Shown here in pieces: positions 52,812 through 63,757 of a stretch of 64,000 nt of DNA. The notes below the pieces were generated by a model. That model saw only the letters and a program-made list of their open reading frames with translations. It did not search any database and was not told the DNA's origin. This stretch comes from Eledone cirrhosa. Lineage: Eukaryota. The stretch lies in contig OZ024755.1 in assembly GCA_964016885.1 (NCBI GenBank), positions 33,418,001 through 33,482,000 on the forward strand. The letters are read 5' to 3'. Position numbers and translations under genes: made by a program. How positions within the stretch are numbered: the first letter of the stretch is position 1; each line of letters begins with the position of its first letter.

Positions 52812-53160
52812 GAGTTCATTCTACTGACATGGGTATAAAATTGAGGCTTGTTTGCATAATTGCAAACAAATCAAATGTTATTAATATTCGAAAAACTCAG
52901 ATTACATTTATTTATATATAAATATATATATAAATAAATGTAATCTGAGTTTTTCGAATATTAATAATAACATTCGATTCGTTTGCAATTATGCAAACAA
53001 GCCTCAATTTTATAGCCATGTCAGTAGAATGAACTCTTTATTCTTTGTTGGCATGTGAACAGAACTGCAGACACTAATGTTTCTGGGTATCACTTTTCAT
53101 CAGTACAGCTCACTGTTCACCTGCCAACAGCCAGTCTGCTAATATGCAAATCAGGCCGAT
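52810..53160. mobile_element. Palindromic element with tail-to-tail arms of about 110 bp around (TA)n and an adjacent HHR
   Basis: 52810-52920 is the reverse complement of about 52925-53038. Confidence 0.7.
53046..53129 (-). ncRNA. Type I hammerhead motif with a long bulged stem I
   Basis: TGTTGGCAgGTGAACAGtGAGCTGTA-CTGATGA-aaagtgataccca-GAAA-CA(TTAG)TG-TC-TGCAGTTCTGTTCACaTGCCAACA; stem II is poorly paired. Confidence 0.7.
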
Positions 53161-53314
53161 CAGTCACTGTATTTTTGAAAATAGCATATATTTTCACTAA
53201 AAAATACTAACTATGGACAATAGGGTTTGCCAGACTCAATTTAAGAATAAATCAAGAAAATAAATACAAACCGGAATTGTGGTAACTACCAATCACACAG
53301 ACAGTGTTTGATTA

Positions 53315-53675
53315 TGCTGTTTCGTAAATTAATTGTGAAGAGGAATACCGATTCTTGCTCGTCAGTGGGTGAAAGTTAGTAAACTCCTCACTTCTAAGTA
53401 TATCAGAAAACTGAATAGTGTGCGTATATATAATAACGCACATGGTATCGGAACTTAGCATGTCTCACAAACTCACACCACTAAAAATAGCAGCCAGGTT
53501 TACTCAACATTTAAATTAGTTCAACAAATTAACAGAGCCGAATATATCAAAGGTATATATTGAGTTAGAAACTCAGAATAGTCTCTTACAATAAAATAGC
53601 TCTAGGAAAGAGATTTTTCTGAGCCGTATAATATAACAGATATTCTTCTTTACAATTCATGTTTGCGAAACAGCA
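53315..53675. mobile_element. Tc1/mariner-type MITE
   Basis: TA|TGCTGTTTCGTAAATTAATTGTGAAGAGGAATA...TATTCTTCTTTACAATTCATGTTTGCGAAACAGCA|TA. Confidence 0.6.
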
Positions 53676-54043
53676 TAGCCAAATGTTATCAATTATAATA
53701 TATAATATAATGAAATTATTGTGTAAAGTGCTCAGGTGCACTACAACTCGTCAATATAGTACATAGAATAATACACAAATGTCAGGGAAGTACATGTGGC
53801 TTGGAAAAATCTTACAAAACATTCCCATGCTCTAGTAAATGTATTTCATTTTTGCACCAGTAAGACTCTATTCCTGCTATTTCAAGCATAAAACTAATAT
53901 ATTCCTTCCTAGTACTGTGCAATTTGTTTTGTAGTTTTTGTTATTTCTGTTTACGTTTTACATAATAAATTAATAAATAAATAAAATAAAAATGGCGTAG
54001 GAAACATGATAGTACCACTGATGATGTCACAGATGTGTGACGA

Positions 54044-54305
54044 TTTAATCGACTTTCCCCCTCCCCCAAAATTGATGGCTTTGTGCCTATATAAGAAACC
54101 ATTATTGTTGTTATTTTTAAGGGCGGTGAATTGGCAGTATCGGTAGAGGGTCGGGTGCCATGCTTTGCAGCACAGTTACGTCCCTTTACGGACTGAGTTC
54201 AAATCCCGCCGAGGTTAACTTTGCATCGGGGTCGATAAAATAAAGTACCAGTAATACACTGGGATAATTGCTGGCCTTGTGCCAAAAGTAGAAACAATTA
54301 TTGTT
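54044..54305 (+). mobile_element. SINE family B (a tail fragment plus a full copy)
   Basis: Family head and core present. Confidence 0.8.
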
Positions 54306-54733
54306 GTTATTTTTATTAATACCTTCACTATCTTTCAATGAAGGAATAACATCAGAAACATTAAGATTCTTTTCCTACTATATGAAGCATTAAACTAATA
54401 TATATCTTTGTTATACTGTTCTCTCATGCTTCTTACCCTTATTGAACTTACGTATGAGTGAGACACATTTTCTCGACAAATCTCTCATCAAGTAGAACAC
54501 AAACGTCTAACCCATGCTAGCATGGAAGATGGACGTTAAATGATGATAATGATGGTGATGATATATATATATCATCATCATTATTATTTAATATTTGTTT
54601 TCACAGGTAGTATCTATACATATATATGCATGTCTGTGTGAGTGTGTGAATATATATATATATAAATATATATATGTATATATATAGATAGATAGATGTA
54701 GATATGCTAGATGGACGTTAAACGATAATGATG

Positions 54734-55070
54734 ATGGAGGCACATGGCTTAGTGGTTAGAGCATTGGGCTTGCAATCGAAAGGTTGTGAGTTCAATTCTC
54801 AGACTGGGTGATGTGTTGTTTCCTTGAGCAAGACACTTTATTTCACATTGCTCCAGTTTACTCAGCTGTAGAAATGAGATGATAGGGACTGGGGTCCCTA
54901 TCATTCCACTGCAAAGTGGTCGTGGAGGTGCCACGGCAAAAAAACACCCAGCACTCACTGGAAATGAGGTTGGTGTTAGGAAGGGCATCCAGCTGTAGAA
55001 ATCAAGCCAGAATCAGTTCCCGTCCCACCCTTGCAAGCAGGGAACAGCGGACGTAAAATGATGATGAAAT
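54734..55070 (+). mobile_element. SINE family A
   Basis: Full head, core and tail. Confidence 0.9.
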
Positions 55071-55105
55071 GATGAATGAATATATATATATATACACATG
55101 TATCA

Positions 55106-55137
<32 letters not shown>

Positions 55138-55153
55138 ACACACACATGTATCA

Positions 55154-55188
<35 letters not shown>

Positions 55189-55210
55189 TGTATCAAGATA
55201 TATATATATA

Positions 55211-56020
55211 TCGTGAACGGCAAAGCATAAACGAACTAAGGGAGAAATTAGGAATAAGAGGGATCAGATGTTGTTTACTCGAGAGAAGACTACGTTGGTA
55301 TGGTCATGTGATGCGCATGAAAGACGACAGCTGTATAAAAAAGTGCAGGGCGATAAAAATAGACGGTAGCCACGGAGTAGGCAGACCCAGAAAAACCTGG
55401 GATGACTTGATAAATTCCGACCTTACACACTTACATCTCTCCAAGACAATGTCACTGGACCGAGAGCTTTGGCGCTACACAGTTATACAGAAGACCCGCC
55501 TTGCCTAAGTACAAAGCGAAACCTACAGTCAGTAGGCACCTCTCACGAAATACACTCCGTCCCACTACCCCCACCCCATCCACACCACCCCCTTAAATGT
55601 GAAGTTATGTTGGTACCACAACATCCAGCCCGAAACAAATGAGGTCGTGTAGGTGTCACGACAAAAAAAAGTCCACCCTGTAATGTGGCCGTGTAGGTAA
55701 CACGGTAAAAACCTCCCAGTACACATTGTAAACGTGGTTGGTGTTGGGAAGGGCACCCAGCCGTAGAAAACCCGCCAGACGTGTAGGTGTCACGACAAAA
55801 AAACACACAGTCCACGCTGCAATGTGGCCGTGTAGGTAACACAGTAAAAACCTCCCAGTCCACACTGTAAACGTGGTTGGTGTTAGGAAGGGCATTCAGC
55901 CGTAGGAAACCCGCCAGACAGTCCTATACGAGCAGGACAACCAATCTTGCCTCAGGTGGGAAAACTCCCGTCCAAACCCATGCAAGCGTGGAAGTTGGAC
56001 GTTAAACGATGATGATGATG
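55211..56020 (+). mobile_element. RTE family B 3' end with complete 3'UTR
   Basis: Reads [33 protein letters not shown]...QKTRLA*; UTR ends GGACGTTAAAC(GAT)n. Confidence 0.9.
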
Positions 56021-56111
56021 ATATATATATACATATATATATACATTTCTATTTTTTATGTGTGTGTATGTATGCATGTATTAAACATATATACATATGT
56101 GCATGCATGCA

Positions 56112-56151
<40 letters not shown>

Positions 56152-56516
56152 TACACACACACACACACATGTATCAATATATATACATATATATATTTTT
56201 ATATATGTGTGTGTATATATATATATATATATCTATGTATTAAACATATATACATATGTGCATATATATATGAGTATATGTTAGTTTGCATATGCATATG
56301 TACATGCTGTTTTAAAAGAATGTAAGCACATAGTGATAAATGTAAACATGTTCACATAGAAAGATAGATGTCCATGTCCTCCTATCTCAGACAAGTTAAT
56401 AGTGATGTTGACACTACAGAAGTGGCCCTGGCTTCAATTGATTAATATGTCTAGGACTTGTCTTCCAGTTATCCACTAGCTTGTTTTGGGGGAAAGAGGG
56501 CTAGAGAGAGAAATTG

Positions 56517-58255
56517 AAATAATTGCTTCTACTTTTGGCACAAGGTCAGCAATTATCCCAGTGTATTACTGGTACTTTATTTTATCGACCCCCGTAATAA
56601 TTGTTTCTACTTTTGGCACAAGGCCAGCAATTATTCCAGTGCATTACTGGTACTTTATTTTATAGACCTCCGTAATAATTGTTTCTACTTTTGGCACAAG
56701 GCCAGCAATTATCCCAGTGCATTACTGGTACTTTATTTTATAGTCACCGTAATAATTGTTTCTACTTTTGGCACAAGGTCAGCAATTATCCCAGTGTATT
56801 ACTGGTACTTTATTTTATAGACTCCGTAATAATTGTTTCTACTTTTGGCACAAGGTCAGCAATTATCCCAGTGCATTACTGGTACATTATTTTATAGACT
56901 CCGTAATAATTGTTTCTACTTTTGGCACAAGGCCAGCAATTATCCCAGTGCATTACTGGTACTTTATTTTATAGTCCTCGTAATAATTGTTTCTACTTTT
57001 GGCACAAGGTCAGCAATTATCCCAGTGTATTACTGGTACTTTATTTTATAGACCCCCGTAATAATTGTTTCTACTTTTGGCACAAGGCCAGCAATTATCC
57101 CAGTGTATTACTGGTACTTTATTTTATAGACCCCCGTAATAATTGTTTCTACTTTTGGCACAAGGCCAGCAATTATCCCAGTACATTACTGGTACTTTAT
57201 TTTATAGTCCTCGTAATAATTGTTTCTACTTTTGGCACAAGGCCAGCAATTATCCCAGTACATTACTGGTACTTTATTTTATAGACCTCCGTAATAATTG
57301 TTTCTACTTTTGGCACAAGGCCAGCAATTATCTCAGTGTATTACTGGTACTTTATTTTATAGTCACCGTAATAATTGTTTCTACTTTTGGCACAAGGTCA
57401 GCAATTATCCCACTGTATTACTGGTACTTTATTTTATAGACTCCGTAATAATTGTTTCTACTTTTGGCACAAGGTCAGCAATTATCCCACTGTATTACTG
57501 GTACTTTATTTTATAGACCCCAGGAATAATTGTTTCTACTTTTGGCACAAGGCCAGCAATTATCCCAGTGCATTACTGGTACTTTATTTTATAGACCCCA
57601 GGTATAATTGTTTCTACTTTTGGCACAAGGCCAGCAATTATCCCAGTGCATTACTGGTACTTTATTTTATAGACCCCAGGTATAATTGTTTCTACTTTTG
57701 GCACAAGGCCAGCAATTATCCCAGTGTATTACTGGTACTTTATTTTATAGACCCCCGTAATAATTGTTTCAATTTTTGGCACAAGGCCAGCAATTATCCC
57801 AGTGTATTACTGGTACTTTATTTTATAGACCTCTGTAATAATTGTTTCTACTTTTGGCACTAGGCCAGCAATTATCCCAGTGTATTACTGGTACTTTATT
57901 TTATAGACCCCCCGTAATAATTTTTTCTACTTTTGGCACAAGGCCAGCAATTATCCCAGTGTATTACTGGTACTTTATTTTATAGACCCTGTAATAATTG
58001 TTTCTACTTTTGGCACAAGGCCAGCAATTATCCCAGTGTATTACTGGTACTTTATTTTATAGACCCCCCGTAATAATTTTTTCTACTTTTGGCACAAGGC
58101 CAGCAATTATCCCAGTGTATTACTGGTACTTTATTTTATCAACCCCCGTAAGAATGAAGGGCAAAGTTAACCTCGGCGGGATTTGAATTCAGAATGGCAA
58201 GGGCCGTAACTCTATGCGTCAAAGCATGGCGTCCGACTCTCTACCGATACTGCCT
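56517..58255 (-). repeat. SINE family B whose 3' segment of about 77 bp is amplified about 21 times
   Basis: Unit TAATAATTGTTTCTACTTTTGGCACAAGGCCAGCAATTATCCCAGTGTATTACTGGTACTTTATTTTATAGACCCCG; single SINE head at 58140-58255. Confidence 0.9.
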
Positions 58256-58391
58256 AATGAGTGAATAACCCAGTCTATATCATGTGTGTGTAATTATGTA
58301 TATATATATTATGTATATATATATATGTGTGTATGTTTCTATGTGCATATGTATATATATATATGTGTGTGTATGTGTATGTATATATATA

Positions 58392-58445
<54 letters not shown>

Positions 58446-58499
58446 TAGATATGCTAGTGTGGAAGATGGACGTTAAACGATGATGATGATGATGATATG

Positions 58500-58584
58500 T
58501 TGGGTCATCAAGTATCAAATTTGTAGAAATTTCTGAGAAAAAAAAAACAACAAATTTCTACAAATTTAATCCTTGACGACCCAA
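58500..58584. mobile_element. Tiny palindromic mariner-type MITE
   Basis: TTGGGTCATCAAG..CAAATTTGTAGAAATTT...AAATTTCTACAAATTT..CTTGACGACCCAA. Confidence 0.65.
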
Positions 58585-58621
58585 TATATACATTGTGATG
58601 ATGATGATGATTATATATATA

Positions 58622-59137
58622 TCTATATATATAAAACTGTGGTTGTCTGTCTGTCTATCGATTTTTGGCACACATCTCCTCTTAGAATCTCTCACGGAAT
58701 TGCACCGAAATTGCTATACTTGTACATTGAGCCCTAGCGAAGACATCGGGAAAAAAAAATTTCAAATTGACCCACCCTATGTGACGAAATTGAATATAAT
58801 GTATCGAATTTTGAGCGTAAGTGATCAGTTATTTCCCTTTGTTCTGTTTACATTGAGCGTCTTACGTAAAAAATTACGCTGGCTTTCTCAGTCTTTGTTA
58901 ATAAATAACCAGTGCAGTTTCTATCCCCAGCATCCTCTTTTGTTATAACATTCGGGTTATCGTTATGTTTTCTTAACTTCATAAGGCATATTGTTGGTTG
59001 AGGGAATATTAATCAAAAACACCACATGCAAGTCTGCACAGTAGACACTACAGTTTTTAAGCCAAAAAAGAAACTTAACATTGTAACTTTAACACAGCTA
59101 CTGAGCGACCCCGAGCAACGCCGGGCTTTACTGCTAG
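58622..59137 (+). mobile_element. Non-autonomous Helitron
   Basis: A|TCTATATATATAAAA start, GTCT repeats, subterminal hairpin CCCGAGCAACGCCGGG, and CTAG|T end. Confidence 0.85.
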
Positions 59138-59201
59138 TATATAATAAATAAATATATATATATGAATTATAAGAATCAAAGAACTGTTCAAAACATTTTT
59201 A

Positions 59202-59248
59202 TGCTTACAACTGTTTCCTCCAAACCGAGGTTTGGATTCTTCGGAGCA
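59202..59248 (-). ncRNA. Hammerhead motif with CCGAAGA core
   Basis: TGCT-CCGAAGA-a TCCAAAC ctcg GTTTGGA g-GAAA-C(AGTT)G-TA-AGCA. Confidence 0.7.
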
Positions 59249-59640
59249 ATTTATTATTGAGTGAACACTTATATGACCTCCTTATCAGCCAAGAGACATA
59301 CAGATACATATGCAAATATTGTGGGTCAACTTACTGGTAATAAGGTAGTAATATATTACTGCCTACCACTGTTTAGGGTTTATAAAAATATATATAACTG
59401 CAAACGGTTTTTGTATTTGCATAACCATAAATAGTATAATTAATATTAAATATATATATATATTTATTATCATCATTCATCATCATCATTTCATTTTACG
59501 TCCGCTTTTTCCCTGCTTGCAAGGGTATATATATATAATCATCATCACCGTTTTACGTCCGTCCTAAAATTGAAGACTAAAATCCAAAGAGGGCTTGATA
59601 AGGATAAATATATATCAAATATATAAGAACCCTAGAGCAA

Positions 59641-59693
<53 letters not shown>

Positions 59694-59958
59694 GGGGTTA
59701 TCCGAACAGAGTTGTGAAGACCACATTATAGTCTGTTGGTTATGAAGCAGATAAAAAGAAGTACTCAATGACCTGTATAAATGGTGCATATTGGAGCATT
59801 ATATATTATTATTACAGGGGCCAACCGTCGAAGAAACAACAGCAAGTGTCTGGCTGGCCCCCTATATCAAGGAAAGAAAATCTTTTTCAAAGAACTTATT
59901 GGATTTTTCAAATTTAAAGGTTTTCTTTTAAGAACATTAATTGTTTGCATAGGTTCTG

Positions 59959-60016
59959 TCATCTGAAGAGCTCAGGCTGTCGTAACTGAAAGCCCTCAGT
60001 GAAATACGTATAATGG
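59959..60016 (+). ncRNA. Hammerhead ribozyme motif (minimal type I)
   Basis: TCAT-CTGAAGA-gctcaGGCT...AGCCctcagt-GAAA-T(ACGT)A-TA-ATGG. Confidence 0.8.
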
Positions 60017-60068
60017 AGTTTTAAATAAACCTAAATCAACTCTGTGTGTTTGTGTGTGTGTGTATATG

Positions 60069-60118
<50 letters not shown>

Positions 60119-60129
60119 TATATATATCT

Positions 60130-60407
60130 GTGTATGTTATGTTGATGCCACAAAACATCCATCCCACACTGTAAAGTGGTCATGTAAAAGACACGGAAAA
60201 AAGCACCCAGCACACACTGTAAATATGGTTGGCGCTAGGAAGGGCATCCAGCCATAGAAAACTAACCAGAAACAGTCCTATATGAGTGAGACATTTTCAC
60301 CCAACAACCCAACTTGTCTCTAAATGGAACAAACCCATCTAACCCATGCTAGCGTGGAAGATAGACGTTAAACAATGATGATGATTTATATATATATATA
60401 CATATAT

Positions 60408-60454
<47 letters not shown>

Positions 60455-60995
60455 ACAGAAGACCCTCCTTGCCTAAGTACAAAGCGAAACCAGTCAGTAG
60501 GCACCTCTAACAAAATACACCCCCGTCCCACTACCCCCACCCCATCACACCACCCCCTTAAATGTGAAGTTATGTTGGTACCACAACATCCAGTCCGAAA
60601 CAAATGAGGTCATGTAGGTGTCACAACAAAAAAACACACAGTCCACGCTGTAATGTGACCATGTAGGTAACACGGTAAAAACCTCCCAGTACACACTGTA
60701 AACGTGGTTGGTGTTGGGAAGGGCACCCAGCCGTGGAAAACCCGCCAGACGTGTAGGTGTCACGACAATAAAACACACAGTCCATGCTGTAATGTGGCCG
60801 TGTAGGCAACACGGTAAAAGCCTCCCAGTCCACACTGTAAATGTGGTTGGTGTTAGGAAGGGCATCCAGCCGTAGAAAACCCACCAGACAGTCCTGAGCA
60901 AGACAACCAATCTTGCCTCAAGTGGGACAATTCCCGTCCAGACCCATGCTAGCGTGGAAAATGGACGTTAAACAATGATGATGATGATGACGATG
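60130..60995 (+). mobile_element. Two RTE-B 3'UTR/SINE-tail fragments
   Basis: Match 55490-56020. Confidence 0.8.
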
Positions 60996-61369
60996 ATATA
61001 CATATCAGAGTGTTGTAGTTTGCTTGAAGCATTGTTGATTAGCAAACACGAATTTAAATAATCATGAAAACCATACAATGCACTAGAAAGACAATTAAAA
61101 TTGCTAAGATAACAAAAGAATCTTACCTTAGCAAATTTAATAATGGGATTATTAAATTCGCTAAGGTAAGTATATATATATATACACATATATATATATA
61201 TAAGCTTGTAAATCCAGGTTTAGCTTGGCATTTTCAACCAAAATATTCAGCATAGTGTGGAATGTTTAAGTCCCAGGAAGGTTGCTAATAGATCCTAATG
61301 ATGTTACTCTCAGATACTTTGACTAAAATTCCGATTCTGATAGAAACGTTTAATGGATATTGCCAAGAG

Positions 61370-61839
61370 TTACACACATATTCTGACAGACACACAAACA
61401 CATACATACATGGACATGTACACACGTGCTCACATGAACACACACACACACATACATGCACACATACACACATATTCAAACACACACACATACATGCACA
61501 CATACACACATATTCTAACACACACACACACACACACATTCATACACCTACAAACATATTTACACACACACATTCCATATACATACACACATACACACAT
61601 ACACAAATACATTTACATACATACACACGCTCACACATTCATACACATACACACACATATTCATACACATAACACACACACACATGCACATGTGTCCACA
61701 CACGCACATATTCATACACCTACAAACATATTTACACACACACATTCCAGATACACACACACACACACACACACACATACATTTACATACACACACACAC
61801 TCACACATTCATACACATACACATACACACACACATATT

Positions 61840-61878
<39 letters not shown>

Positions 61879-61900
61879 ACACCATACACACACAAACATA
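61370..61900. repeat. Degenerate (CA)n-rich repeat
   Basis: Read directly from sequence. Confidence 0.9.
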
Positions 61901-62004
61901 TATAAAGACAAACAAATAGAAATGACATTGTTACTGACCGGTAATCTGGATAATGTATTGACATCTTTACTTTATTACAGTAGTTTATGGTTGTAGTGCT
62001 TTTA

Positions 62005-62505
62005 CTGATGATGATGATGGTGGGGGGGGGGGGGTATGGAGTGGTGGGGAGTGATGGTAGAGGTTGTGGTGGTGGTGGTGATGGTAGCAGTGGGTATGGA
62101 GTGGTGGGTATGGTGTGGTGGGGAGTGATGGTAGAGGTTGTGGTGGTGGTGGTGATGGTAGCAGTGGGTATGGAGTGGTGGGTATGGTGTGGTGGGGAGT
62201 GATGGTGGGAGTGATGGTAGAGGTTGTGGTGGTGGTGGGTATGGTGTGGTGGGGAGTGATGGTGGGAGTGATGGTAGAGGCTGTGGTGGTGGTGGTGGTG
62301 GTGGTGGTGGTGGTGGTGGTGGTGGTGGGATGATTTTCGGTGAAAATGGTGGTGACGTTCATGGCGGTATTAGCTGTGGTAATTGTTCTATTGTGGCCAT
62401 AATGGTGATGATTGTGATGATGGTGTACTGACCAGGAAACTATTGATGGTGGTGTTGGAGATAATGGCAATAATAGTAGTTGTGGTAGTGGTAGCAATAG
62501 TGGTT
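62005..62505. repeat. (GGT)n-rich compound repeat with higher-order units
   Basis: GGGGAGTGATGGTAGAGGTTGTGGTGG recurs; pure (GGT)n at 62285-62328. Confidence 0.9.
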
Positions 62506-62920
62506 GTCATTTCTTTATAAATTTAATGGGTAAATTCATAGAACACCTCTCTCAATTTCAGAGAGAAGAAATGTTTTTCCTTATTTTTTCATGTACTACC
62601 AACTAATCTAACCTCCAAGATGCTCATAATTGTCTTATCTTTTTCAGGAAAAAGGAGAGTGGAAAAAGGGTGAAAAGACACTCAAAGTTTCACAGGTTTA
62701 TACACCTCTCACCAGTTTTCTATACAATATATATATTTATATATATATATATATAGAGAGAGAGACAGTTAATGCATACAAATGAACATTGTATAATGCA
62801 GTCAGTCTATGTAGCCAGTTATGTAATTGTACAGAAACATATGTTAAAGATTGAACACTCGATAAATTTTTCCTGTCCACTTCTTCCTTCTTAGTTTTTT
62901 TCTGTTTTTTTTCTGGTACC

Positions 62921-62957
<37 letters not shown>

Positions 62958-62991
62958 TTACAATAATCAAAGTTCAGTTTAAATCATTTAT

Positions 62992-63040
62992 TTGCTTACA
63001 ATTGTTTCCTCCAAACCGAGGTTTGGATTCTTCGGAGCAA
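62992..63040 (-). ncRNA. Hammerhead motif with CCGAAGA core (second copy)
   Basis: TTGCT-CCGAAGA-a TCCAAAC ctcg GTTTGGA g-GAAA-C(AATT)G-TA-AGCAA. Confidence 0.7.
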
Positions 63041-63627
63041 CTATTTAATGATCTATAAGATACTTGACCTCCTTTTCAACACAAGAGACATATAAAAACA
63101 TATGCTTATATTGACCCACAGTGGGATGACATCCATCATAATGATATAGCATGGCAATTTACATACAAAGGTTAAAGGATAAAAATAAAAATAAAAATAA
63201 AGCGTTGGCAGTTTATGAAGATAAAGCAAGAGGAAAGTTTAGAGTAGTCAGTGTATGAAACAATCTCACGTGTAGCATGCACGCGTGTCTTATTTATACA
63301 GGATTAGAGTGCGGCAGATTGTTACTTGTAGGATCAGGCAGTTAAAGCAGGCAATCAATAGTATTATGTGGGCTGTATTGTTAAATCATTTTTTCGCATA
63401 CACCTGTATGATATACAATCCCGAATGTAGAGAAACACCAAAATATCAAAATTATCAAACATATTATATATATATATATATATATATAAGCAGAAGGGAT
63501 ATTTAATTTGTTGGAAATTTAACAAATATAAATGTTTATAACTGATTCAGAGCACTCGACAGATTTCTGGAGTAAATATTCAATGATATTAAATAAATGG
63601 AAACTATATCTATAAAACCATATTTAT

Positions 63628-63683
63628 TCTATTATATATATTTCAAGGGTACCAAAAACTTTGGTACGCTTTCATCAGATGAA
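63628..63683 (-). ncRNA. Hammerhead ribozyme motif
   Basis: TTCAT-CTGATGA-aagcGTACCAAA gt TTTTGGTAC cctt-GAAA-T(ATAT)A-TA-ATAGA. Confidence 0.75.
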
Positions 63684-63701
63684 ATACGTGTGTTTTATAA
63701 A

Positions 63702-63757
63702 TTTATCTGATGAAAGCGTACCAAAGATTTTGGAACCCTTGAAATATATATAATAGA
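63702..63757 (+). ncRNA. Hammerhead ribozyme motif
   Basis: TTTAT-CTGATGA-aagcgtaccaaagattttggaaccctt-GAAA-T(ATAT)A-TA-ATAGA. Confidence 0.8.

Noticed and set aside
2960-58140. Tandem arrays (34, 61, 73, 77, 99, 100 bp) as CRISPR arrays
   Set aside because: Units are head-to-tail with no unique spacers, there are no cas genes, the DNA is animal, and most units are TE slices.
59781-59966. 61-aa ORF upstream of the HHR as a Penelope GIY-YIG remnant
   Set aside because: No recognisable GIY-YIG or RT motif.
61985-62497. 170-aa Thr/Pro/His-rich mucin-like ORF
   Set aside because: It is a product of the (GGT)n repeat, with no splice or domain evidence.
62825-62850. GAAA-CATATG-TT as a complete hammerhead
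   Set aside because: Only the 3' half is present, with no upstream CUGANGA; counted as a possible relic only.
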